Shown here: positions 9,162 to 17,721 of the stretch, piece by piece | Numbering within the stretch: position 1 is the first letter of the stretch | Layout: every line of letters begins with the position of its first letter | IMG/VR virus record: IMGVR_UViG_3300042197_001179 | Location: 3,870 to 67,869 of that record | Origin: a virus | Direction: 5' to 3' (one strand) | DNA length: 64,000 bases | Made by a program: the position numbers and the translations under genes | The notes under the pieces: model-generated | The model's database searches: none | What the model was told of the DNA's origin: nothing | What the model saw: the letters and a program-made list of their open reading frames with translations, nothing else

Positions 9162-9386
9162 TTATTTCTTGGCTTCTTCAAACAGGGCTTTAGCTTCCTT
9201 AAGATACTCTTCTTTAAGATTGTCTGGAAGATCTGCCCACCACGTAATGTTATCAAAATGGTTTATGAAGTCATCACTGATGTCATAAGCCTCATCAAAC
9301 CCATCGTGAAAGTTAGCCATGTCGTTGTAGTACATTCCTGCTGCCGTTGAGTCAATCACTTGAGACTTGAAGTCGTGTTCGCACAT
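9162..9386 (-). CDS. Paralogue family B small protein
   Basis: AAGMYYNDMANF...WADLP...YLKEAKALFEEAK. Confidence 0.65.
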   Translation of the reverse strand: MCEHDFKSQVIDSTAAGMYYNDMANFHDGFDEAYDISDDFINHFDNITWWADLPDNLKEEYLKEAKALFEEAKK

Positions 9387-9406
9387 TTCATGTTCCTTTG
9401 AAAATG

Positions 9407-9607
9407 TCATTCCAGCCACAGTAACTCCGAGATGGTACCAAACGAGAAACGAGTACGCACCAAAGTTAAAGCCTTATCTATTTCTCTTTCTTCGCTGGCG
9501 TTCTCTGTGAGAGTTCCGAGATTTTCGTCCAGATAATCCATTTCATCTCGCATCTGTTGATACAACGAATGGATCCGTGCGAGTCTTTCTTTCAGTTCGG
9601 GCTTCAT
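9407..9607 (-). CDS. Hypothetical protein
   Basis: GGAG RBS; helical small ORF. Confidence 0.55.
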   Translation of the reverse strand: MKPELKERLARIHSLYQQMRDEMDYLDENLGTLTENASEEREIDKALTLVRTRFSFGTISELLWLE

Positions 9608-9941
9608 TTTAAACTCCGGGCGGGGTGTCTTGTTTCTTGTTAATGTTCAACGTGAGATGCTTAATCACCTTACGCGGACCCCATTGTGTCCACACGACTG
9701 ATCCAATCGGAATAACATAAGGAAGCATCTTGTTGTTTTCAAGCACACTGTAACCGTACTCAGTTTGCTCCTTCGCCAATAGTTGGCGATCACGCTTGTT
9801 GCTGTGTCGTTTAGCTCTTCGAGCCATCCCACGCCTGTTGTTGATACAACTGGCATCGTTTTTTGACAGATCGATGGGTCTTTTCTGTTGCGGGCCATTG
9901 TTTATCCCTTCAGTGCCAACGATATAAAGATTACCGGCGAC

Positions 9942-10172
9942 TTACAATCCTGTGGATTTAAGCGCGTCTTCAAGCATGTTCGTGGCAAGCTTTTTATACC
10001 TGTCACGTACTTCGGTAGGCGCCTTAGACCAGCGAACACAGTGGGCGAGAGTTTGTATACCCTGATCATATAGCTCTACTAAGCCACTGGTTTTAACATT
10101 GTCCATGTCGCTGTAGTACGCTCCGACGGCCATCAGTTTAATCAACGTTTCTTTGTGTTCGGAATTGATCAC
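9942..10172 (-). CDS. Paralogue family B small protein
   Basis: AVGAYYSDMDNV...WSKAP...YKKLATNMLEDALK; GTG start after GAAAGGA. Confidence 0.6.
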   Translation of the reverse strand: MINSEHKETLIKLMAVGAYYSDMDNVKTSGLVELYDQGIQTLAHCVRWSKAPTEVRDRYKKLATNMLEDALKSTGL

Positions 10173-10192
10173 GGTAATCCTTTCAGTAGAGA

Positions 10193-10447
10193 TTAGTGCA
10201 CATACGCGTTTGTGTACCGTTGAGCTTCTGAAACGTCCTTTTTGGACATTGTCTGTCGGAGACTTTCCATCTCTTTGTTGTACCATTCAAGTCTATCTTG
10301 AGCCTGGTAGATCCATTCTCTGTCACCAACTCGTGTCGCTGTTGAGACGCCGGCTTCCAAGCTGGCTCGTCCCACTGCGAGATCTACCAAACGAGAGATA
10401 TTTTTCTCTCTGACATCCATTGAAACGGCGAGTTTTTCTTCTGACAT
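10193..10447 (-). CDS. Hypothetical protein
   Basis: Start MSEEKL after GAAAGGA, just downstream of tRNA-Val. Confidence 0.6.
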   Translation of the reverse strand: MSEEKLAVSMDVREKNISRLVDLAVGRASLEAGVSTATRVGDREWIYQAQDRLEWYNKEMESLRQTMSKKDVSEAQRYTNAYVH

Positions 10448-10471
10448 GGTAATCCTTTCAACAGGAGTTAA

Positions 10472-10545
10472 TAGGCGATACAGGGCTCGAACCTGTGACC
10501 TTCTCTGTGTAAAAGAGATGCTCTGGCCAACTGAGCTAATCGCCC
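10472..10545 (-). tRNA. tRNA-Val (TAC)
   Basis: GGGCGATTAGCTCAGTTGGCCAGAGCATCTCTTTTACACAGAGAAGGTCACAGGTTCGAGCCCTGTATCGCCTA cloverleaf. Confidence 0.93.
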
Positions 10546-10550
10546 TGAAT

Positions 10551-10829
10551 TCAAGGGGCCATCTCAGGCACAACGTGATACTTCACAGAATCTTGCCGCG
10601 TGTTTAACTCGTGTGCCAAAGATTTTGCAGCATCTTCATCTTCAAATGTGGGGAACGTAGTTGGTTTGATTGCGACAATCTGATACATCAGTGGCCGAAT
10701 CAGAATCTTGCCACTGGTGTAAGTGTCGCCACTCTTGACATACGTATCAGGGTACTTTTCAAGCAGTTCCCACTGGTCTTTAGCCATAGACAGAGGCACT
10801 TGCTTGGGCAGTGACAACGCTATCCACAT
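10551..10829 (-). CDS. Hypothetical protein
   Basis: AGGAG RBS. Confidence 0.6.
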   Translation of the reverse strand: MWIALSLPKQVPLSMAKDQWELLEKYPDTYVKSGDTYTSGKILIRPLMYQIVAIKPTTFPTFEDEDAAKSLAHELNTRQDSVKYHVVPEMAP

Positions 10830-10852
10830 GTTTCAACTCCTTGAGGGTTAAA

Positions 10853-10882
10853 CCCTAGTAAGATCGTTAAATCTTACTAGGG
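10853..10882 (-). other. Intergenic hairpin, 12-bp stem, UUAACG loop (copy 2)
   Basis: Plus strand CCCTAGTAAGAT-CGTTAA-ATCTTACTAGGG, perfect stem. Confidence 0.85.
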
Positions 10883-10900
10883 CGAAGGATCACAAAACAC

Positions 10901-11224
10901 TCAGTCTTGAATTTTTAACTCGGTGACAATGATTTTTTGAAGTTCGTCGTCCCATTCGATTGAGACGACTTTGTTCACGGACAGGTACAAGTCGGGGCGT
11001 GTCGCGGAAAGTTCTGTGAAGCTTCCAGTGAAACCCCAGTAGATTTTGAATCGCCTTTCCTTGAATTTGTTGGTCAACATGTACAAGTCACACAAGATCG
11101 AGTCCATGTGCGCCAAATCTCCGCCGTGCTTACGGTAGAGATCAAACAACACTTGCCAAGTACGTCTCGCGTACAGTCGTTCACATCTCGCTGAGTTCTT
11201 GCAATCAATCCTGATGGTCTTCAT
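10901..11224 (-). CDS. Hypothetical protein
   Basis: Likely start MKTIRID, ATGA coupled. Confidence 0.6.
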   Translation of the reverse strand: MKTIRIDCKNSARCERLYARRTWQVLFDLYRKHGGDLAHMDSILCDLYMLTNKFKERRFKIYWGFTGSFTELSATRPDLYLSVNKVVSIEWDDELQKIIVTELKIQD

Positions 11225-11580
11225 TGGAGAGTCTCTTTTGTAAGATAGGGATTGTAGATCACTTTTCGTTTGTCGAAATTTCTCCAAATTTCTAAGCACG
11301 CTAAGTAGTCACACGACATCCACAAGGCACGTTTCAAGCCTTTAAGACGCATCAACTGCAAGTCCATTTCCAAGTCTTCAAGCGGACGTCGTGCGTCAGC
11401 AATGACGTATGTTAAGCCGATGGGCAAGTTTAACAATACCATCTTAAAAGGCTCAGCACACAACACTAAAATGATTGGCGTGACACTTCTATATGTTCGA
11501 CGTGTGACGTGCTTCATCCATCTTTTGGAGACCAGTGCATCGTCTAGTGTGCACTTTTTAGTTATGATTCGGTCAATCAT
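11221..11580 (-). CDS. Hypothetical protein
   Basis: ATGA-coupled ORF. Confidence 0.6.
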   Translation of the reverse strand: MIDRIITKKCTLDDALVSKRWMKHVTRRTYRSVTPIILVLCAEPFKMVLLNLPIGLTYVIADARRPLEDLEMDLQLMRLKGLKRALWMSCDYLACLEIWRNFDKRKVIYNPYLTKETLQ

Positions 11581-11777
11581 TCTAACATCTCCAAAAACTT
11601 TTCTTGGGAACTTATCACTCGCTCAAGATGATCTTCTGTGACATGTGGCTTGCCTTTGCGCAGCGCCCCTAAAGCGGCTCGTAGCAAACACAGGTCTGCG
11701 TGCAACTTTCCACGTGTCTTGGCTTTAATCCGATACAATTCATTTTGAAGGTGGTGCAACTCATCTTGAGGATTCAA
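11577..11777 (-). CDS. Hypothetical protein
   Basis: Packed ORF. Confidence 0.5.
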   Translation of the reverse strand: MNPQDELHHLQNELYRIKAKTRGKLHADLCLLRAALGALRKGKPHVTEDHLERVISSQEKFLEMLE

Positions 11778-11780
11778 GAA

Positions 11781-12041
11781 TCACCTCGCATTGAAATTGT
11801 TGACAAAGCCGTCAATCGCTGCACGCATGTTCAGATCTCCGAATCCAAAAGACACGCAGGATTGGTACGCGATCTCAGCTTTTGCAATGTGACCAACGAT
11901 CACCACCGGATCAATTTGATCCTCAGCAAGATGCACGAGACCGTGACTTAACTCCCGGTACAATACACTCGCACTTGCGAGCGCGTCTGCTTTAGCCGCA
12001 TAGTAATCAGCCGTCTCACGCAAAGAATCTTCATCCAACAT
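11781..12041 (-). CDS. Hypothetical protein, first gene after promoter repeat copy 1
   Basis: GAAAGGA RBS before MLDEDS. Confidence 0.6.
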   Translation of the reverse strand: MLDEDSLRETADYYAAKADALASASVLYRELSHGLVHLAEDQIDPVVIVGHIAKAEIAYQSCVSFGFGDLNMRAAIDGFVNNFNAR

Positions 12042-12084
12042 TTGTGATCCTTTCAAAAGGTGTGCAATAATCTTTTTGACGTTA

Positions 12085-12180
12085 AAAAAGATTTGATTAC
12101 TTAGCCCGCTGAGCTAGTCTATCTTAACACGCCGGAAACGGGTTGTCAACCCCCATCTTAAAAAGATTTGATTATTGACT
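12085..12180 (-). repeat. 96-bp exact direct repeat, copy 1, containing a sigma70-type promoter
   Basis: Identical to 16684-16779. Confidence 0.95.
12121..12149 (-). promoter_or_regulatory. Sigma70-type promoter TTGACA-N17-TAAGAT
   Basis: Consensus -35, 17-bp spacer, near-consensus -10; flanked by two AAAAAGATTTGATTA boxes. Confidence 0.85.
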
Positions 12181-12245
12181 TACTAGGATTCGAACCTAGA
12201 CCTACAGAATCAAAGTCTGTTGTGCTACCACTACACCATAAGTCA
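12175..12245 (-). tRNA. tRNA-Gln (TTG)
   Basis: TGACTTATGGTGTAGTGGTAGCACAACAGACTTTGATTCTGTAGGTCTAGGTTCGAATCCTAGTAAGTCAA cloverleaf. Confidence 0.92.
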
Positions 12246-12251
12246 TACACC

Positions 12252-13301
12252 TTACATGCGGGGACGCAAGTAACGCGCTTCAGATGGAATACCGTCTTTA
12301 GTGAAGCCTCGGTAGGTGAATGTCACCACACTTCCACGCGGGAAGATTGGTGAATCCACAAAAGGCGGACACTCTTGTTCAGGGTGATCCCAAGCCCATT
12401 GCTGGTCACTCAAGACGCGTTCAGCTTCTGTGAAGCCACTCAACTCCAGTCTTTTACCGTTGTAGTCAAGAATCAACGCTCCCAAGAGTCCGCGAAGCTT
12501 TGATCCTTTATCAGTTTCGCGACCTGTCACGTAGCCTACGACAACACCTTCAGCGTCCTCAATATGTTTAACTTTCAACATTGTGTGGACGCGTCCAGCT
12601 TGCCAATAGCTGTTGGGGTCTCGAATAATGCAACCTTCACCACCTGTCGCAGTGATAACTTTCAAAGATTGTGCAAGCTCTTGAATGGCCGCGTCTTCAT
12701 TTTCTGGCAGTTTGATTTGTTCAACCGGCACTATGACAGTATTTGAGAATTCGCGAAGCTCTTCACAGACTTCACTGCAACGTCTGTATGTATTCGGATT
12801 TTTGATAAGCATACGAACTTGCGTGTAATCAACGTACCGCCCAAACAGTGTCCCACTTTTGAAAGCTTCCTTGTATGGGGGACTGTCGAACACGTGGTAT
12901 CGCACAAACGACCACCGTTCATCTGGCTCAATGCGTTTGACACAGGATATCAAATCCTGTCGATAATCAGCATTATACAGTTCCCCATCAAGAGGAACCG
13001 GGGGCAGTTGATCCAGCCACCAATCTGGCGCATGTAGAACATTGCCGTACCTGGTCCACAGGCCGGTGGCAATGGGTTCTTCTTTGTATCTTGCGTCTTT
13101 GACAGTGTTTGCCCAAGGAACATCTTTTTTAGGCAAACCACGAGAGATGCCCCCGTCCCACAATGCACGAATACCGTCCAGCTTTTCAGACAACAACCAA
13201 CCAGCGATCTTCACTGTTGGTTTGTAACTGTGAGCAAGTTGTAAAAATTCACGTTTCAACGGATGCCCTTTGCAGAAGAGTGCTAGGTGATTCTCCGACA
13301 T
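12252..13301 (-). CDS. ATP-dependent DNA ligase
   Basis: SEKLDGIRA (KxDG), LDGEL, EGCIIR, LKVK, C-terminal OB domain (G.P..ARY). Confidence 0.92.
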   Translation of the reverse strand: MSENHLALFCKGHPLKREFLQLAHSYKPTVKIAGWLLSEKLDGIRALWDGGISRGLPKKDVPWANTVKDARYKEEPIATGLWTRYGNVLHAPDWWLDQLPPVPLDGELYNADYRQDLISCVKRIEPDERWSFVRYHVFDSPPYKEAFKSGTLFGRYVDYTQVRMLIKNPNTYRRCSEVCEELREFSNTVIVPVEQIKLPENEDAAIQELAQSLKVITATGGEGCIIRDPNSYWQAGRVHTMLKVKHIEDAEGVVVGYVTGRETDKGSKLRGLLGALILDYNGKRLELSGFTEAERVLSDQQWAWDHPEQECPPFVDSPIFPRGSVVTFTYRGFTKDGIPSEARYLRPRM

Positions 13302-13710
13302 ACTTTATCAGCGCAATGTTTGCTTTGGTATTGTCTAAGATTTTTTTGGCGTGTGGAAAGTTCCTCTCTTTCAAAAAGATTATCCTACGAATTTTCACGT
13401 GTGAACTGTTGATTAGTAATCCAAGACAATTTTCACATGGTGGAATGCTGAGGTAGATTGTGGCATCATTACTATATAGTCCACAATTCAGCAATGCATT
13501 GGCCTCTGCGTGAACCATGTACGGGTACTTATCAGGTTTTTTATTAGGCAACCCATCGGTGTCCCGTGGAAAACCATTGTACCCTGTGCCAAGTATCAGT
13601 TTCGTTTTTGTGTCAACAATCACACAACCTACTTTAGTTTCAGCGTCTATTGATCGTTGAGCAATCAACTGGACCAAAGCTAGAAACCACTGGTCCCAAT
13701 CTGGGCGCAT
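13249..13710 (-). CDS. dCMP deaminase
   Basis: TGYNGFP, HAEANAL and PPCENC zinc motifs. Confidence 0.92.
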   Translation of the reverse strand: MRPDWDQWFLALVQLIAQRSIDAETKVGCVIVDTKTKLILGTGYNGFPRDTDGLPNKKPDKYPYMVHAEANALLNCGLYSNDATIYLSIPPCENCLGLLINSSHVKIRRIIFLKERNFPHAKKILDNTKANIALIKYVGESPSTLLQRASVET

Positions 13711-13976
13711 TTTCGCTCCGGTATTTTTTTGAAGAGTTCATCCATCGACACATTACACGCGTCTGCAATGCATCGCATAGCGGTAAAAGCCTCGTAGTCA
13801 TGCCAAGACACTAAGCAGTTGACAGCTTCTGCGGCGGTGATTTTGTACTTTTTACCCTTACAATGCCACCCGCGAAGCCTATCTAATCCTACACAAGTTG
13901 GCGTAGTTTTCACTACGCCAACATAGTCAGCCACATCATCGTACCAAACTAGCATAGCCAAGATTATCATGAACAA
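13680..13976 (-). CDS. Hypothetical protein
   Basis: Packed ORF. Confidence 0.5.
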   Translation of the reverse strand: MFMIILAMLVWYDDVADYVGVVKTTPTCVGLDRLRGWHCKGKKYKITAAEAVNCLVSWHDYEAFTAMRCIADACNVSMDELFKKIPERKCAQIGTSGF

Positions 13977-14288
13977 TTACTCCTTGATTTGAAGAGCGGC
14001 CTTAGCTTCATCGTCCCAATGACTCACAGATTCTTCGCACGCCATCGCGTAGTCTACAGAGTCCGGAAAATCTGGAGTGAATTGGCAAACCACGGTGTAG
14101 TAGTGACCAAATTCGTGAGGAAACGCCATGACCATAAGCAACGAACCCATAGGCTCAGGGCCATACTCACGTCGCAATTGATCAATAAACACGGAACATT
14201 CTTTCTCTGCGCGAGGTATGTAATCAGCTGAACCTACCTGCGCACAAGGTTCGTCGTTAGGTGCAGGTCCAATAACGTGGTAATACAT
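13977..14288 (-). CDS. Hypothetical phage protein
   Basis: GPAPNDEPCAQVG...FPHEFG.YY.VV motif. Confidence 0.7.
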   Translation of the reverse strand: MYYHVIGPAPNDEPCAQVGSADYIPRAEKECSVFIDQLRREYGPEPMGSLLMVMAFPHEFGHYYTVVCQFTPDFPDSVDYAMACEESVSHWDDEAKAALQIKE

Positions 14289-14289
14289 T

Positions 14290-14556
14290 TTAACTCACTT
14301 GTAAAAGTGTGATGAGTTGATTCTTGTAATGCAACTCAAGCTCAGTGAGTGCGCTGGCATCAGATTCAAGATACCGCTTTTTGCAGGAGAGAATATCGTC
14401 AAAAAGATTCTCTAAAGCTGCTTCTGGCGTAGGGCCTGAACCTTCTAAGAAATCACACCCAATGAGGCTTACCGTGTGAAACAACATTTGTGGGCGGTGG
14501 AAAACAATATTTTGGTCACGGTGGACCACTGTTTTTAGCACTTTAGTCTCCTTCAA
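14290..14556 (-). CDS. Hypothetical protein (HicB-like G.T..EA motif)
   Basis: GSGPTPEAALENL. Confidence 0.5.
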   Translation of the reverse strand: MKETKVLKTVVHRDQNIVFHRPQMLFHTVSLIGCDFLEGSGPTPEAALENLFDDILSCKKRYLESDASALTELELHYKNQLITLLQVS

Positions 14557-14764
14557 CGTGGACCCACTTCAGCTCCAATCCTTTTTGCAAGAGCAAAACG
14601 TCCATTGAACCACTCATTCCGTTGGTGGCAGTGTAGGTGAATGCGTCTTTTTGCCCTTGCCTGTACCATGCACGAGCTTGACGCATTCCGATTGCTACAC
14701 CTATGGCTAAACCGATCGCAAACAGAAGCAACAAGAACGCTAGATTAGGTTTTTGATTTTTCAC
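14543..14764 (-). CDS. Small membrane protein
   Basis: N-terminal hydrophobic helix. Confidence 0.55.
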   Translation of the reverse strand: MKNQKPNLAFLLLLFAIGLAIGVAIGMRQARAWYRQGQKDAFTYTATNGMSGSMDVLLLQKGLELKWVHVEGD

Positions 14765-14991
14765 TTTGCCTGCTCCAACAATGCCTGAGCCTCATCCCGG
14801 TAGAGTTTTACAATCTCTGCGGGAAGATCGGACCACGGTGATCGATTTTGCAGGTGATGGATCAGTACGTCGGACTCGAACACGTCACCCTTGCAGTGGA
14901 AATTTTCTACGTCATCGTAATAAATTCCAACCGCAGCAGCCGCGACGAGTAATTCACCTGCCATTTCTGCATCAGTCATGTTTTTGTTCAT
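14761..14991 (-). CDS. Paralogue family B small protein
   Basis: AVGIYYDDVENF...WSDLP...YRDEAQALLEQAK. Confidence 0.7.
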   Translation of the reverse strand: MNKNMTDAEMAGELLVAAAAVGIYYDDVENFHCKGDVFESDVLIHHLQNRSPWSDLPAEIVKLYRDEAQALLEQAK

Positions 14992-15179
14992 GGCGAATCA
15001 TCCTTACATGGTTTTTGAAACATTTTGAACAGCGAGGTTGAAGAACGCCGTGCTTAGACTCTACAAATGCAACGTCCGGGCACCGAGGAGTATGAATCGT
15101 TTTTCTAGGCCCTACGCACATTGTGACACTTTTGGGCGTGTTGGGTCTTATGAAGTAGTTTAAGCCCATAATTCACCTT

Positions 15180-15560
15180 TTAGACGTTGTGCTTTTCGTG
15201 GACCTCACGTGCATTCGTGAAGATGCAGACGAAGGTGGAACTGAACATTTTTTCAATGTCCTCTGCGTTTAAGGGGATTGCAGAGTTTGCGTACTGATTG
15301 GCTAGGCGATCACAAGCTTCCCGGAGATCACTTTCGCCGAACTTGAATTTTGCACCAAGCTGACGCACAATCTCCAAAGCCTGTTCATCCCACTGTTCAG
15401 CCTCTTCGCAAGCATAGAAAGCCTTTTTGAATCTTTCCATGATCTTGCCCGGCAGATGATTCACAGGGTAACAACAAAGCCAAACCATGTTGGCTAGACG
15501 CCTGTTTGTTGTGTTGATGAGCCATTCAAGAAAGTGATAATGAAGTTCGTCTTTGTCCAC
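15180..15560 (-). CDS. Hypothetical protein
   Basis: GTG start after AAGGA; the ORF-track start lies inside tRNA-Leu and is spurious. Confidence 0.6.
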   Translation of the reverse strand: MDKDELHYHFLEWLINTTNRRLANMVWLCCYPVNHLPGKIMERFKKAFYACEEAEQWDEQALEIVRQLGAKFKFGESDLREACDRLANQYANSAIPLNAEDIEKMFSSTFVCIFTNAREVHEKHNV

Positions 15561-15587
15561 GTTTAAATCCTTAAGAAATGAAAAAGA

Positions 15588-15671
15588 TGGGCTCGGCGGG
15601 AATCGAACCCGCACGCTCTTTCGAGCAGTGGATTTTAAGTCCACAGCGTCTGCCTATTCCGCCACGAGCCC
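15588..15671 (-). tRNA. tRNA-Leu (TAA)
   Basis: GGGCTCGTGGCGGAATAGGCAGACGCTGTGGACTTAAAATCCACTGCTCGAAAGAGCGTGCGGGTTCGATTCCCGCCGAGCCCA; class II tRNA with long variable arm. Confidence 0.95.
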
Positions 15672-15679
15672 ATCTGTGA

Positions 15680-16039
15680 TTAGATGCGTGCACAATGCAG
15701 AGCGTTGCCGTTCTGCGAAGTTCCCATCATCTTGATGCCCGAGATCATCGGAGGCGTCGTAGTCTGACCGCTGACAAACGCCTCAATCTTAATGACGAGT
15801 TCGTAACGATCTTGACCGATGAAGAAGCACTTCATCCCCTTATTCTCACTGAACACCCACCGCTTGTTGATGTACGCAATCCGTACAAACGGGTGAAATT
15901 TGTCGTTGTTGAAGTGCCACTGAACCGGGGTATCTCCGTACACGCTCTTGGGGAACGGGGGGAGAGGCTCACGCTCTTTGCTGTCCGGCGTGTTTTTCGT
16001 GTGGCAACCGGTTCCGGGTCCGTTGTTAACAATGCCCAT
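15680..16039 (-). CDS. Hypothetical protein
   Basis: Likely start MGIVNN. Confidence 0.55.
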   Translation of the reverse strand: MGIVNNGPGTGCHTKNTPDSKEREPLPPFPKSVYGDTPVQWHFNNDKFHPFVRIAYINKRWVFSENKGMKCFFIGQDRYELVIKIEAFVSGQTTTPPMISGIKMMGTSQNGNALHCARI

Positions 16040-16655
16040 ACAAATCAACCTTTCTTGGAGATGGCAGCAATCCCTTGCGGGAAGCAATTAGGTACTTGAT
16101 TTTCAGATCTTCCAATGTTCGATGAACACTAGAAGTACCGCACTTCAATTCACAAGCTACTTCACTTAAAGTGTAGCCTGCCATACGTAACGCCAGAATC
16201 TTTTGTTCTTTAGGCGTTGTGTCCAGTATTGTGTAGCAATCAGCAAATGAGAGTTCAATAGATTCACAACATGGTTTGGTTCCTTTCAAAAAAGTTTCGT
16301 CTTGACTCAACACTTGAACAGGGGTCTCACTGTTCTCCAACATGACTTTATACACATGTCTTGGTACTGGGATCAATGTGTCTGTTTCAATGTGCCGCCT
16401 GATGTGCCCACGTACAGTCACTTTGACATACTTATCGTATTCAGAGTGTGTAAGATGGCCGTCACACAGTTTGCGTACACAATGAAACAAACCCGCCATA
16501 GCTACACACTGCAAGTCGTGCCGCTTGCGTGGGTATCGTTTAGCGTAGTAATTAGCAATCTTCTTCGCAGCTTCGCTGTAATGCTCAAAAATCTTTTTAG
16601 GTGCATCCGTGTCACCTTTGATCGCTGAATCAATTAAGAGCCCAATTTCATCCAT
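16026..16655 (-). CDS. Phage-encoded sigma-70 family sigma factor (regions 2 and 4 only)
   Basis: AIKGD..A...IFEHY, DLQCVAMAGLF, YVKVTVRGHIRR; C-terminal HTH TPKEQKILALRMAGYTLSEVACELKCGTSSVHRTL. Confidence 0.85.
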   Translation of the reverse strand: MDEIGLLIDSAIKGDTDAPKKIFEHYSEAAKKIANYYAKRYPRKRHDLQCVAMAGLFHCVRKLCDGHLTHSEYDKYVKVTVRGHIRRHIETDTLIPVPRHVYKVMLENSETPVQVLSQDETFLKGTKPCCESIELSFADCYTILDTTPKEQKILALRMAGYTLSEVACELKCGTSSVHRTLEDLKIKYLIASRKGLLPSPRKVDLYGHC

Positions 16656-16683
16656 GCTGAGGATTCCTTTTACTGATTGCGTC

Positions 16684-16779
16684 AAAAAGATTTGATTACT
16701 TAGCCCGCTGAGCTAGTCTATCTTAACACGCCGGAAACGGGTTGTCAACCCCCATCTTAAAAAGATTTGATTATTGACT
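16684..16779 (-). repeat. 96-bp exact direct repeat, copy 2
   Basis: Identical to 12085-12180. Confidence 0.95.
16720..16748 (-). promoter_or_regulatory. Sigma70-type promoter TTGACA-N17-TAAGAT upstream of the sigma factor gene
   Basis: Consensus hexamers, 17-bp spacer. Confidence 0.85.
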
Positions 16780-17240
16780 CACAAGTTGACCAGCACCCAA
16801 GCCTCTAAGATTCGGTAATCTGTTTCTCCCGGTTTGCAGATGAAGCCGTTAGGGTCGTAGATTCTTGAACCTGACCACGCACAAGCGTGTCCCATAGAAC
16901 CAACGTGGCCAACCAGTATTGCAGGTCGGTCACGTATTAGGTTAAAGAATCGGTCAACACTTAACGCATCTGACCAAATACATATAGGGGTGTGTTCATA
17001 ATCAGGAGCGATTTTAGGATAGGCTTCTACCAGCATCAAGCCCTTGTTCCGGCGGATAAAGCAATCTAAAATCTCCTGCATGTGGAAACTTCTCTTTCGT
17101 TTGCTTCCAATTAAATCTGGCCACCAAACTTGTTCACCATCATGGCCAATTTCTTCTAATATTGTTTCAGGTGCTACGTCCAACACCATAGCAGCTGAAT
17201 GGATTAAACACGTGTCTTTAGCCATTTTTAACAGTTTCAT
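16779..17240 (-). CDS. Papain-fold (C39-like) cysteine peptidase
   Basis: N-terminal DTCLIHSAAM and C-terminal GHACAW...IYDP match the C39-type Cys-His-Asp layout. Confidence 0.6.
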   Translation of the reverse strand: MKLLKMAKDTCLIHSAAMVLDVAPETILEEIGHDGEQVWWPDLIGSKRKRSFHMQEILDCFIRRNKGLMLVEAYPKIAPDYEHTPICIWSDALSVDRFFNLIRDRPAILVGHVGSMGHACAWSGSRIYDPNGFICKPGETDYRILEAWVLVNL

Positions 17241-17721
17241 TACGTGTCTCCAAAAGTGATGCAGGGATTTCTATGCACACGTCCGCACACGCTTTTAAGT
17301 CTGAGCTTATTCGGCAACCAAAAATAACAACTGTTTTATTGTGGCGTTTGACCCACTCTACAAGAGGAGCCAAGTCACCATCAGCTGTACCCAAAACAAC
17401 TACGTCCAAATCGTCCAAAAGATCAACAATATCTACAACCATCCCTACATCCCAATCCGCTTTATGAAAAATTTCACCTGTATCAGTGCGAATCTTTTTA
17501 GGCGTTTTGAACTTTGGTACATAACCTAATTTTTTCAATTTAATTATGAACGGTTTTGCTTCATTATTAACATGGGCTCCATAAGCGATTGCGTGAACTG
17601 TTTTTCCAAGCGTCTGCAAAAATTCTAGATACTTTCCGTAATCTAATTTTCGATTTTTATACTTCTTTTGCAGACAATAGTACAAGTTACAAACATCTAC
17701 AAAAATGCCCACAGTTTTCAA
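17218..17721 (-). CDS. NYN-domain (LabA/DUF88, PIN-like) protein
   Basis: IFVDVCNL, KADWDVGMVVD, TADGDLAPLV, LKACAD motifs. Confidence 0.9.
   Translation of the reverse strand: MKTVGIFVDVCNLYYCLQKKYKNRKLDYGKYLEFLQTLGKTVHAIAYGAHVNNEAKPFIIKLKKLGYVPKFKTPKKIRTDTGEIFHKADWDVGMVVDIVDLLDDLDVVVLGTADGDLAPLVEWVKRHNKTVVIFGCRISSDLKACADVCIEIPASLLETRNETVKNG

Noticed and set aside
10170-10460. Duplicated GAAAGGATTACC(A/G)TG sequence
   Set aside because: Shared ribosome-binding region of two adjacent small genes; too short to indicate a separate element
12069-12093. AATCTTTTT-GACGTTA-AAAAAGATT palindrome containing CGTTAA
   Set aside because: AT-rich 9-bp stem with a different loop register; not counted as a fourth UUAACG hairpin
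12106-12116. TAGCTCAGCGG in the 96-bp repeat matching the tRNA-Ile2 D-arm
   Set aside because: 11-nt match with no other tRNA arms; better explained as a small 5' hairpin or coincidence
12175-12180. attP-like duplication of the tRNA-Gln 3' end
   Set aside because: Only 6 nt of the tRNA are in the repeat and no integrase is visible
12168-12353. Short ORFs overlapping tRNA genes (also the N-termini of 10193-10573 and 15180-15644)
   Set aside because: Spurious translations of tRNA sequence
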